Source of the DNA: Candidatus Poribacteria bacterium
Lineage (GTDB): Bacteria > Poribacteria > WGA-4E > WGA-3G
Assembly: GCA_965205015.1 (NCBI GenBank)
Contig: OZ242029.1
Coordinates: 4,576,001-4,640,000 of the forward strand
Length of the DNA stretch: 64,000 bases
Reading direction: 5' to 3'
Notes under the pieces: model-generated
What the model saw: the letters and a program-made list of their open reading frames with translations, nothing else
What the model was told of the DNA's origin: nothing
The model's database searches: none
Shown: piece by piece, positions 18,835-27,849 of the stretch
Position numbering within the stretch: the stretch's first letter is position 1
Layout: each line of letters starts with the position of its first letter
Program-made: the position numbers and the translations under genes

Positions 18835-20145
18835 TCACGCTTGGCGAATCGTTAAAAGAACCAAGTCCGCTGTGCGCTCAGCCGCGCCAGCAGTACCGAG
18901 TTGGGCGTGCACTGCTTGGAGTGCTTCGCGTTGCATTTCCCGTTTCTGTGGATCCTGTAGGAAATCAAGAGCCATTTCCGTCAAAGCCGTCGGTGTCAGT
19001 TCCGTCTGCAGCAGTTCTGGCACAATGTCTCGTCCTGCGATAAGGTTAGGAAGCCCGCTCCGTTCCAAAGGGGTCAACGCCTTGACGATATGCCAGTTAA
19101 GTGGTGCAGTCCGAAAAACGATAATCATCGGTGTGCCAATGCATGCTGCCTCAAGCGTCGCCGTGCCAGAGGTAACCAGCAACAGGGTTGATGCGCGCAT
19201 TGCCGGATACGTTGTATCTTCCACAATTTTGATGGCTGGAATCTGCTGACCTGACAGGCTTTGCTCCTGCTGGCACTTTTCAATGAGTTCATGTGAAATT
19301 CCAGGTGCTAACGGGAGGACCCACTGCGCCTTTGGATAGATCTGAGCGATGTTTGCTGCTGCATTTAGCAGGACCGGCAAAATGTGTCGGATTTCGGAAC
19401 GGCGACTCCCCGGCATCAATCCAATGACAGGCTCAGAGGTCACATCATCACGCTCATCGTGATTTGCCCCGAAACTCGTGCTTTGCTGCCTTGTATCGGC
19501 GTCGAGTTTCGGATCAAATGCCTCCGCTGTATTCTCAGCGTCTTCCGTTTCATATAAATTGAGATGTTCGCGTGCGGCTTGCGTGCTGAGGGATGTCTGT
19601 GCAAAATCAACAAGCGGGTGCCCGACAAATTCGGCATTCGCACCCGCGTTTCGGTAAAATTCTGCCTCAAATGGGAAGATTGCGGCAATAACGTTTGCCC
19701 ACTTTGCCAACTTCCGTGCCCGACTTGCGCGCCACGCCCACGCTTTCGGTGGAATGTAATACACGACCCGGACATCGTGCTTCTGGGCAAACTTTGCTAA
19801 CGGCATATTAAACTCCGCGAAGTCCACGAGGAGAAGAACATCGGGGCGTTCCTCACGGATGCGGCGTTTCAGATACGCTTGTTTCCGAATGAACATCGGT
19901 AGGACCGCGATAACATCCGCAAAACCCATCACAGCCGAATCTCGGATATGAAAATCGAGGGACACGGACGCCTTCTCCATCCAGTCGCCGCCCATTCCGA
20001 AGAGTGTTATATCGGGACAAAGTGCCGTGAGTCGGCGTGCGACGTGAGAAGCGTGTAAGTCGCCAGAGGGTTCTCCAGCAACAATCATAATTTTTGGATT
20101 TCGGATTTCGGATTTCGGATTTCGGTAAAAAGATGTTTGTGGCAT
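18835..20145 (-). CDS. lpxB: Lipid-A-disaccharide synthase
   Basis: IVAGEPSGDLHA, YYIPP.AWAWR, IFPFE, FVGHPL, LMPGSRRSE, SGTATLE, GLPNLIAG; start uncertain (20145 or 20088). Confidence 0.95.
   Translation of the reverse strand: MPQTSFYRNPKSEIRNPKIMIVAGEPSGDLHASHVARRLTALCPDITLFGMGGDWMEKASVSLDFHIRDSAVMGFADVIAVLPMFIRKQAYLKRRIREERPDVLLLVDFAEFNMPLAKFAQKHDVRVVYYIPPKAWAWRASRARKLAKWANVIAAIFPFEAEFYRNAGANAEFVGHPLVDFAQTSLSTQAAREHLNLYETEDAENTAEAFDPKLDADTRQQSTSFGANHDERDDVTSEPVIGLMPGSRRSEIRHILPVLLNAAANIAQIYPKAQWVLPLAPGISHELIEKCQQEQSLSGQQIPAIKIVEDTTYPAMRASTLLLVTSGTATLEAACIGTPMIIVFRTAPLNWHIVKALTPLERSGLPNLIAGRDIVPELLQTELTPTALTEMALDFLQDPQKREMQREALQAVHAQLGTAGAAERTADLVLLTIRQA
20096..20125. repeat. (GGATTTC)x4 heptamer tandem repeat at the lpxB 5' end
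   Basis: Seen directly; encodes RNPKSEIRNP. Confidence 0.9.
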
Positions 20146-20212
20146 CAGCAAATATTGTAACTCCCACAAGAATCCACTGACTGCCGACGGCTGAGGGAAA
20201 CCGACAGCCACT

Positions 20213-21256
20213 CTACGGCATCATCCCCGGTACTTTCAGCCCGTCAGTCTCTTTGAAGCCGAACATCAGATTGAGGTTCTGCACAACGGCACCCGCTGCG
20301 CCCTTACCGAGGTTGTCAATCGCTGCCATCGCGACGATACGACGTGTCCGGGCATCCACTTCAAGCCCAACATCGCAATAGTTGCTACCGAGAACAGCCT
20401 TCGTTTGCGGATAGGTGCCGGTTGGAAGCACTCGAACAAACGGCTCATTCTCATAGAACTTTGCGTACATATCAAGGGCTTCCTCTGTAGAGATATTTTC
20501 TGTGAGACGCATATAGACGGTGCTAAGGATACCGCGTGTCATCGGTACAAGGTGTGGTGTGAACGTTACGCGAACCGGTTCAGATGCGACAGCACTTAAC
20601 TCCTGTTCAATCTCTGGCGTATGTCGATGGACACCGATATTGTAAGCGGTAAAGTTGGACTCTCGATTCGCGTAGTGCGTGTTTTCACTCGGTTTCGGAC
20701 CAGCCCCCGAAATACCCGACTTTGAATCGACGATGATGGAATCTAATTCCACGACCCTGTGTTTCACAAAGGGTATCGCTGCAAGTATGGCACTCGTTGG
20801 ATAACACCCTGGATTCGCGACGAGTTGGGCGGAACGGATACAATCGCGATAGCGTTCTGGCAACCCGTATACAGACCTGGACATGAGTGATGTACTTGTA
20901 TGTTCCACGTGATACCAAGCTTCGTAAGTTTCAGCATCTGCGAGCCTGTAATCCGCACTGAAATCCACGATGCGTAAGCCTTGTGCCAAAATTTGCGGCA
21001 CGAAAGACATCGCCACCTTATGCGGAACGGCAAGAACGACGACATCTACTCTCTCTTTGAGGGCGTCAAGGTCTAAGGCTTCAAATTTCGACGATAGAAA
21101 TCCACGGAGATTCGGGAGGACGCTATCGATACACTGCCCCGCGTAGGTCTCAGACGTGCAGAGTGCGACTTGAAGGTCACCAGGATGGTTAACGAGGAAG
21201 CGTAACAATTCGCTGCCGCTATACCCTGATGCACCAACAATTCCAAGTTTCATCAT
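20213..21256 (-). CDS. argC: N-acetyl-gamma-glutamyl-phosphate reductase
   Basis: GASGYSG, DFSADYRL, ANPGCYPT, SGISGAG, H.H.PEI, IDNLGKGAAG. Confidence 0.97.
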   Translation of the reverse strand: MMKLGIVGASGYSGSELLRFLVNHPGDLQVALCTSETYAGQCIDSVLPNLRGFLSSKFEALDLDALKERVDVVVLAVPHKVAMSFVPQILAQGLRIVDFSADYRLADAETYEAWYHVEHTSTSLMSRSVYGLPERYRDCIRSAQLVANPGCYPTSAILAAIPFVKHRVVELDSIIVDSKSGISGAGPKPSENTHYANRESNFTAYNIGVHRHTPEIEQELSAVASEPVRVTFTPHLVPMTRGILSTVYMRLTENISTEEALDMYAKFYENEPFVRVLPTGTYPQTKAVLGSNYCDVGLEVDARTRRIVAMAAIDNLGKGAAGAVVQNLNLMFGFKETDGLKVPGMMP

Positions 21257-21304
21257 TTAAGTCTCACTGTATGTTTTTTATGAAGGTGTTAATTTTGTAT
21301 AGGA

Positions 21305-21333
21305 ATTTTAGCACATTTCGAGCGAAATGTCAA
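21305..21333 (-). promoter_or_regulatory. sigma70 promoter of argC-lpxB-lpxK with overlapping palindrome
   Basis: TTGACA-N17-TAAAAT on minus strand; ACATTTCG-ag-CGAAATGT at 21313-21330. Confidence 0.8.
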
Positions 21334-21445
21334 ATTATTGTAAGGCACACCCAGAGCCGTTCAACTCTTCTATAGGAGCGAGCTGCGCTCCCGATTTTAC
21401 TGACAGCTGACCGCCGACGGCTGACAGCCATTCCAAAGAAATAAA

Positions 21446-21474
21446 TTGACAGTCCGACCTATACGCGGTAAAAT
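21446..21474 (+). promoter_or_regulatory. sigma70 promoter of the FAH-family gene
   Basis: TTGACA-N17-TAAAAT; AAGGAG RBS before ATG 21527. Confidence 0.8.
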
Positions 21475-21526
21475 ATGACAGACTTCGACTCATAAATTAC
21501 GTCGAAAAACCCAAAAGGAGACTGCT

Positions 21527-22276
21527 ATGAAGTTAGCACGATATGAATTAAATGGAACAATCGGTTACGGCATTGTCTCGGGAGACACTCTGAGCGTCCT
21601 ATCGGGATGCCCGCTCAGTGAATATAGCGAGACAGGAGAGACTGTCGCATTAGCGGACGTCAAACTCCTTGCACCGACGACACCCACAAAGGTGTTGGCT
21701 GTCGGCTTGAACTATCGAAGCCATTTAGGTGGGGCTCCGGAACCGCAAAACCCCGAGATATTTATCAAAACGCCTTCCTGTATCAACGACCCAGAAGGCA
21801 ACATCGAATTGCCCGATGGCGATGATGAAATCCACGCCGAAGGTGAACTCGTTGTCATCATAAAGGAACGGACCCGGAAAGCCACGCCGGAAGAAGCAGC
21901 CGCCAATATTTTGGGCGTAACCTGCGGCAACGATGTCAGTGCACGCACATGGCAGAGCAACGACTTGCAATGGTGGCGTGCCAAAGCATCAGATACCTTT
22001 GGTCCCATAGGTCCCGTCATCGTTACTGACCTTGATTATACCGATGCACAATTGGAGACCCGCATCAACGGCGAAGTCGTTCAGAAGCAGACGACTGCCG
22101 ATCTCATTTTTCCAGTGACAACGGTCGTCAGTTTCATTTCGCAAGCGATTACCCTTGAACCGGGGGATGCGATCTTTACGGGTACCCCCGGCACAACGAC
22201 CGCTTTGAAAGCCGGTGATGTCGTTGAGATTGAGATTGAGGGCATCGGCGTTCTGAAAAACCCTGTCGTAGCATAG
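21527..22276 (+). CDS. Fumarylacetoacetate hydrolase family protein
   Basis: VGLNY.SH, FIK, EGEL, NDVSAR, K..DTFGPIGP, TGTP. Confidence 0.93.
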   Translation: MKLARYELNGTIGYGIVSGDTLSVLSGCPLSEYSETGETVALADVKLLAPTTPTKVLAVGLNYRSHLGGAPEPQNPEIFIKTPSCINDPEGNIELPDGDDEIHAEGELVVIIKERTRKATPEEAAANILGVTCGNDVSARTWQSNDLQWWRAKASDTFGPIGPVIVTDLDYTDAQLETRINGEVVQKQTTADLIFPVTTVVSFISQAITLEPGDAIFTGTPGTTTALKAGDVVEIEIEGIGVLKNPVVA

Positions 22277-22348
22277 TAATTTGATCGGAGACACGCCTTC
22301 CAATCTCTCCACTGGCGGGGTTAGACGAAGTTTAAGGAATCAACGCTA

Positions 22349-23008
22349 ATGACAAAATTGTTTAGCTGCTTCGTGTTATTACTCACAGGTTTGCTCGCTG
22401 TTTCAATGCTCGCCGGCTGCGGTGGTGATGATGACACAGATGAACCTATTCCAGTTAACTTCGTCAGTGCAATCCCGCCGGACGGCGAGATCGCCGCGAA
22501 TGGAACCATCACGGTTACCTTTGACAACACACTCACTGATCTCAATCTCACGATAAGTCGTGGTGATGGAACTATCACGGTCTCAGGCAGAACTGCAACC
22601 ATCCACGGTCCCTTTACCCCTGGTTCCCTCGCGTTGACGCTCGCATGGACTGATGGAACCCAAGTACTCAACTATACCGTTCTCGCGCCGTGCTGTTCCG
22701 CACCGACAATCACAGGTGGCACTGTCAAAGACGGGGACACTGCTGTTGATCCCGAACTTATCAACAGCGACGGGCAGATAGTGATTCAGTTCAGCGAAGA
22801 CGTAACCGGAAACATTGCCCTCCAAACCGAAGGCGGGGATACTGTCGGTTGGCTTGGCAAATTTGAAGGTAGCAAAGGAACGCTTGAACTTGTCAAAGGT
22901 AGAGAGCTCGTCAACGAAACCGTCTACGTCATTGTTGGTAAAGTTTCCACTGCCGAAGGCAACGAGGCTGACTTTAAAGTCACCTTTGTAACCAAAGGTA
23001 AAGCATAG
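22349..23008 (+). CDS. Lipoprotein with tandem Ig-like (Big_5/SbsA-like) domains
   Basis: Lipobox LAG-C; beta-rich repeats 'ITVTFD' and 'IVIQFSE.V'. Confidence 0.8.
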   Translation: MTKLFSCFVLLLTGLLAVSMLAGCGGDDDTDEPIPVNFVSAIPPDGEIAANGTITVTFDNTLTDLNLTISRGDGTITVSGRTATIHGPFTPGSLALTLAWTDGTQVLNYTVLAPCCSAPTITGGTVKDGDTAVDPELINSDGQIVIQFSEDVTGNIALQTEGGDTVGWLGKFEGSKGTLELVKGRELVNETVYVIVGKVSTAEGNEADFKVTFVTKGKA

Positions 23009-23051
23009 ATTCAAATAATGAAGCTAACCGAATCGTAAGGGAAATTAGAAA

Positions 23052-24341
23052 ATGGCGACCTATATTGCACATGGTGGACAAGACACCGTCATCACAACCG
23101 AAGAGAAACGCGCACTCCTACACGAGGCACTCCTCAAATTGGGCGGTATCCCGAAGAAGATATTGGTTATCCCGCCGGATATAACACGCCTCCACTCAAA
23201 CGCTGGCGAACTCACCCGACTTCTTTATGAATTGTGGGACGCTGGCAACGGCACTACATTCGATATCCTGCCCGCTATCGGTACGCATGCACCAATGACC
23301 GAACCGCAGATTGCCGAGATGTATGGCGATCTGCCCAAGGCAACCTACCATGTTCATCATTGGCGGACCGGGTTACACCATTTCGGTGAAGTGCCATCCG
23401 AGTTCGTGCAGGAGGTTTCGGGTGGACAACTCGACTATAGTATTCCTGTCGCCGTGAACCGCCGTCTTGTAGGGGCTGGGTTACCCAGCCCCTACGAACT
23501 TATCATCTCCGTCGGACAGGTGATCCCGCACGAGGTGATCGGTATCGCCAACGGATTTAAAAACATCCTCGTCGGTGCGGGGGGTGTTGAGATGATTAAC
23601 AAATCCCATTTCCTCGGTGCCGTAGACGGCATGGAACGTCTGATGGGACGCACGGATACCTCTGTCAGGAGAGTGCTGAATTACGCCCATGCACACTATC
23701 TGAAGCAGCTCGGTATTGTATATGTCATGAGCGTCATGGATGCCGATGCCTCTGGAGAACGGGTGATGCGCGGTCTTTACGTCGGTGATGACGCGCACAC
23801 GTTTGAGACGGCTGCCGAATTGAGCAGAGCCGTCAATATGACCTTTTTGGACGAACCTTTGGCAAAAGTAGTCGTCTACTTGGATCCGAGGGAGTTCAAA
23901 AGCACGTGGCTCGGCAACAAAGCGATCTACCGCACACGGATGGCGATGGCGGACGATGGCGAGTTGATTATCATCGCACCCGGATTACGTGAATTCGGTG
24001 AGGACGCTGAAATTGACAGGCTCATCCGAAAGTACGGCTATTGCGGCACACCCGCGACACTCAACGCCGTTTCAGAAAACCTAGAGTTGCAAGAGAACCT
24101 CTCCGCCGCTGCCCACCTCATTCACGGCAGTACCGAAGGCCGTTTCAAAGTCACATACGCGACGGAACACCTTACCCAAGCCGAGATCGAATCCGTCGGC
24201 TACCAATGGGCACCCGTGGACGAAGTGATCGCCGAATACAATCCCGCAACACTTACCGATGGATTTAACGATGGTGGTTTTTTCTACATCAGTGAACCCG
24301 GACAAGGCTTATGGGCACTCCGCTCGCGGTTTCGTGAATAA
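23052..24341 (+). CDS. Lactate racemase (LarA/DUF2088) family protein
   Basis: PPDITR, A.GTHAPM, PHEVIG.ANG.KNILVG. Confidence 0.85.
   Translation: MATYIAHGGQDTVITTEEKRALLHEALLKLGGIPKKILVIPPDITRLHSNAGELTRLLYELWDAGNGTTFDILPAIGTHAPMTEPQIAEMYGDLPKATYHVHHWRTGLHHFGEVPSEFVQEVSGGQLDYSIPVAVNRRLVGAGLPSPYELIISVGQVIPHEVIGIANGFKNILVGAGGVEMINKSHFLGAVDGMERLMGRTDTSVRRVLNYAHAHYLKQLGIVYVMSVMDADASGERVMRGLYVGDDAHTFETAAELSRAVNMTFLDEPLAKVVVYLDPREFKSTWLGNKAIYRTRMAMADDGELIIIAPGLREFGEDAEIDRLIRKYGYCGTPATLNAVSENLELQENLSAAAHLIHGSTEGRFKVTYATEHLTQAEIESVGYQWAPVDEVIAEYNPATLTDGFNDGGFFYISEPGQGLWALRSRFRE
23469..23495. repeat. Perfect GTAG-REP palindrome in-frame in the LarA-like gene
   Basis: GTAGGGGCTGGG-TTA-CCCAGCCCCTAC, 27 bp, encodes VGAGLPSPY. 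Confidence 0.85.
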
Positions 24342-24356
24342 ACGCAAAGGTCTGTT

Positions 24357-24399
24357 GCCCCAAATCTAATGGTTACACTTTGGATTTGGGGCTTTTTGT
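24357..24399 (+). terminator. Intrinsic terminator
   Basis: GCCCCAAATCTAA...TTGGATTTGGGGC stem followed by TTTTT. Confidence 0.8.
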
Positions 24400-24642
24400 T
24401 ATTACCGTTGACGGCTCTGGAAAAATATGATATTCTTAATGTGAGCATGTATTGACCTTAACGCATTCAGCCAGCGCTCACAAAGGTTGATCGCGCCTGA
24501 CCCGTTTCGTGCTATCTGAGATAAAATCTGCCCGATTCTGTGCAGTTCCTTCTGAACATAGCACAAAGCGTCCAATCTGTGCGGTATTGTCCGAACTGGC
24601 ACGGGATTTGCTATAAATAAAATCAAACGAAAGGAGTTGCCA

Positions 24643-25551
24643 ATGGAAACCGAACAAAAATATCGTGTTGCGCCCCCCGGATTTACAGCAGAACAGTGGA
24701 AAACCTTTAACGAAGACGGCATCATTTTCATTGAGGACGCAATCTCCGATGCGGATATCCAGACCTATATTGACGCGATAGATCGCGTCGCTGCCACCAG
24801 CCCGAAATATACGCCAGGCGGCTTTCTCCACATGGAAAACATCGTCGAACGTGACCCCGTGTTTACAAACCTTATTGATAACGCGCGGCATGTCGGTTAT
24901 GCCTACGACCTGTTCGGGGAACTTCTTAAACTCCATCAGAGCCAATTTTTCCTGAGACCTCCCGGTGGGACTCAATACAACCAGTGGCATCCGGACGGCG
25001 CACGTGCTCTCCCTTACGGTGTATTTTCACCGCAATTGCCGTTGCAAATCAAAATCGGGTATTGGTTGACCGATCTCCCGAGAGAAAAGATGGGGAACCT
25101 CGTCGTGTTACCCGGAAGCCATCGTCAGCAGTATATGGAGGGCTACGATACACACAAAAGTATCCCCGGGGAAAAGGTTGTCTGCCCGCGTAAAGGCACA
25201 ATGACGGTGATGCATTCCAGCATCTGGCATCGCGTTGAACCGAACGAAAGCGATGTCGTGCGCTATAACATCTTCGCCGCTTATTGTCCATCATGGCTCA
25301 CACCTGCCGACCGATTTCATTCTACACCGGAATGGTTGGAGACACTCAACCGCGAACAACGCATCATCATGCGGAGTTATAGCCATGCGTATCACAACGC
25401 CAAACCGCCTGCGTCTGAATTTCCACTTTTCCTCGAACGCGACACAGGTATTGAAGCGGATGTCGGTACGTATCAGGCGCACGTCCACTTGCACCGCCGC
25501 AAACGACAGACAATGCCCGAGCGGCTTACCCTTTCGGCGGAAAATAATTAA
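24643..25551 (+). CDS. Phytanoyl-CoA dioxygenase (PhyH) family 2OG-Fe(II) enzyme
   Basis: F.EDG.I, WHPD (HxD), VLPGSH, WHR..PN; AAGGAG RBS. Confidence 0.9.
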   Translation: METEQKYRVAPPGFTAEQWKTFNEDGIIFIEDAISDADIQTYIDAIDRVAATSPKYTPGGFLHMENIVERDPVFTNLIDNARHVGYAYDLFGELLKLHQSQFFLRPPGGTQYNQWHPDGARALPYGVFSPQLPLQIKIGYWLTDLPREKMGNLVVLPGSHRQQYMEGYDTHKSIPGEKVVCPRKGTMTVMHSSIWHRVEPNESDVVRYNIFAAYCPSWLTPADRFHSTPEWLETLNREQRIIMRSYSHAYHNAKPPASEFPLFLERDTGIEADVGTYQAHVHLHRRKRQTMPERLTLSAENN

Positions 25552-25577
25552 GGACAACCTGTTATTTAGGGATTGAC

Positions 25578-25871
25578 GTGAACAAATTCAATAAACTGCT
25601 GCGGCTCATGTCACACGCATCAAGTATCATACTCATCATAGTAGAGTTTATATGTGGGGTCTGCATCTGCTTGATTCCGATCGGGTTTTTCATCTATTTC
25701 AACCTCACGGTCTGGCGGACAACAGATCCGACACTCCCCACTATAGAACGTTTGAATCAGACGTTTCATGAAACGTTTTGGGAAAACATTTTCACGTTGG
25801 TGTTAATGATCGCGGTGCGAAATTTCATGTCCTCGGTCATCAAATATTCACGCGAAACCGAATCCGAATGA
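25578..25871 (+). CDS. Small two-TM membrane protein
   Basis: 97-aa ORF with two hydrophobic helices, co-oriented, AGGGA upstream. Confidence 0.65.
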   Translation: MNKFNKLLRLMSHASSIILIIVEFICGVCICLIPIGFFIYFNLTVWRTTDPTLPTIERLNQTFHETFWENIFTLVLMIAVRNFMSSVIKYSRETESE

Positions 25872-25919
25872 TACAGATCATCTGACCAGGGACGTACCTC
25901 ACCTATTGGGAACTGAAAA

Positions 25920-27050
25920 ATGAAGACACTATTCCTCAAAGACATGCGGTATCGCCAAGCGAGAGTTGTGCTCACAACACTCGGCATCACTGTCCTGATC
26001 TCATTGATACTGCTGTTAGGTGGCATCATGAACGGCATGCGCATTCAAGCGCGACAATACGTCGAATCCACCGGTGCGGATGTCTGGATCTCCGCTGAAG
26101 GCTCCGGTGGCGCGTTTATTGGGTTTTCCATGGTCGTTGAGGAATATATGGCGTTTCTGAACGCAGGCCCCGGGTTAGTGCCAGATTCTGCATCGCCCTT
26201 GGTTTTTGCGCAAGCGCGTCCGACCGTCCGTGGCAAATCCACCAAGGCAATCGTTGTCGGCTATAAGTTGGGACAACTCGGCGGACCCAAGAGTACAGTT
26301 GAAGGTAGAATGTTCACTCGGAGTAATTTTGAAGATTATAGACCTGAGGATCCAATCCCTTACGAGGTCGTCGTTGACGAGAAAATGGGACTGGAAATCG
26401 GAGAACAGATTACCCTCAGCAACGAAAAAGTTCGTGTTGTCGGCAAGGCGAAAAGCCTCATGTTTGTTTTAGATACGCCGCTGCTCTTCATGGATGTCCG
26501 CATTGCCCAGAAACTTCTACTCGGCAACACACCACACGTCAACATGATGATCGCTAAAACAAACAAAAGCGAACAACCCGCTCAGATCGCCGCCGATTTA
26601 GATGCCTTAGAAACCATTGAAGTCCGTACCTTAAAACAGACGCTCAGGGACATCATTGCGTACTACGTTGATGAACCGATGAAGGCTGTGCAATTCCTAC
26701 GGGTGATGTTATGGTTAGCGGCGGGCATTCTTGTCGGGATGATTACTTATGTGACGATGCTTGAAAAGACACAAGAAATCGGAGTGCTAAAGGCTATCGG
26801 TGGCTCAAACGGTTATGTGATGGGACTTCTCCTCAAGCAGGTCGTCCTCATCTCCACTGTCGGCGTGCTACTTGGTCTTCTTCTATCGTATGTGTTCGCG
26901 GCGGCAGCACCAATTTTCGTTGCGATTCACTTCGTCGAATCCATCATCGTTGCGTGCATCAGTTTCATTGTGTGTTGCGGTAGTGGGTATTTGGCAGCAC
27001 GCAAAGTGATCGCAGTCGATCCGATGATCGCCTTCCGAGGAGAGATTTAA
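25920..27050 (+). CDS. ABC transporter permease, MacB/FtsX family
   Basis: TM1, periplasmic domain, EIGVLKAIG, 3 C-terminal TMs, DPMIAFR. Confidence 0.92.
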   Translation: MKTLFLKDMRYRQARVVLTTLGITVLISLILLLGGIMNGMRIQARQYVESTGADVWISAEGSGGAFIGFSMVVEEYMAFLNAGPGLVPDSASPLVFAQARPTVRGKSTKAIVVGYKLGQLGGPKSTVEGRMFTRSNFEDYRPEDPIPYEVVVDEKMGLEIGEQITLSNEKVRVVGKAKSLMFVLDTPLLFMDVRIAQKLLLGNTPHVNMMIAKTNKSEQPAQIAADLDALETIEVRTLKQTLRDIIAYYVDEPMKAVQFLRVMLWLAAGILVGMITYVTMLEKTQEIGVLKAIGGSNGYVMGLLLKQVVLISTVGVLLGLLLSYVFAAAAPIFVAIHFVESIIVACISFIVCCGSGYLAARKVIAVDPMIAFRGEI

Positions 27051-27174
27051 CCAGGACTTTTGTGATTTACCATGATGTTAAAATCTCCGATAATCCTGGT
27101 GAATCATAAAAATCGTAGTTCAGACTTTTCCATGATCGAAGGATGATATCTCCGATCCAAGAGGTATATTCAAG

Positions 27175-27849
27175 ATGGCGATAGTAGTAGAAGGAACAGG
27201 CTTAACGAAACGTTTTGGCAGCGGCGATGCCACCGTTGTTGCAGTTGACGCGGTCGATATCCGAATTGAAGCGGGTGAACTGGTGATGCTAATGGGCGAC
27301 AGTGGTTGTGGAAAAACAACGCTCATCAGTCTCCTCGGCTGTATTTTAACGCCGGATGATGGGGAACTCCACATTGATGGCGAACCGATTAACCCTGAAG
27401 TGCAAGATTTGAGCGTCATTCGTCGTGAAAAGATCGGATTCGTCTTCCAACTGTTTCACCTACTGCCCTATCTCACTGCCCTGGAAAATGTCATGGTTGC
27501 TATGGATCTCGCTCGAACAAAGACAACCGAAGCGGAAAGCCGCGCCATAGAACTCCTCACACAGGTCGGTTTGAACGAACGACTTCATCATCGTCCCGCC
27601 CAACTCTCCGGTGGTGAAAAACAACGTGTCTCTTTTGCCCGCGCCCTCGCCAACCGTCCGAAAATCATCTTCGCCGATGAACCTACCGCCAATCTCGACA
27701 GTCGCCAAGGCGACAACCTCATGAACCTTATCCAAGAACTGCGTCAAGAACACCAAACGACTATCGCGATTGTAACACACCACGAAGGATTAAAAGAGAA
27801 TGCTGATCGTGTTATCCAGATGAAAGATGGAAGGATCCTCACCACATGA
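27175..27849 (+). CDS. ABC transporter ATP-binding protein (LolD/MacB-like)
   Basis: [33 protein letters not shown]. Confidence 0.95.
   Translation: MAIVVEGTGLTKRFGSGDATVVAVDAVDIRIEAGELVMLMGDSGCGKTTLISLLGCILTPDDGELHIDGEPINPEVQDLSVIRREKIGFVFQLFHLLPYLTALENVMVAMDLARTKTTEAESRAIELLTQVGLNERLHHRPAQLSGGEKQRVSFARALANRPKIIFADEPTANLDSRQGDNLMNLIQELRQEHQTTIAIVTHHEGLKENADRVIQMKDGRILTT

Noticed and set aside
18722-19249. 175-aa plus-strand ORF, representative of the many antisense ORFs in the track
   Set aside because: Antisense shadow of lpxB, as expected opposite well-supported genes.
20146-20211. Longest-ORF start of lpxB
   Set aside because: Runs through a repeat element (CTGCCGACGGCTGA..CCGACAGCCA) with no homology to LpxB.
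24402-24990. Minus-strand ORFs of 109 and 170 aa
   Set aside because: Largely antisense to the PhyH gene, with no motifs.
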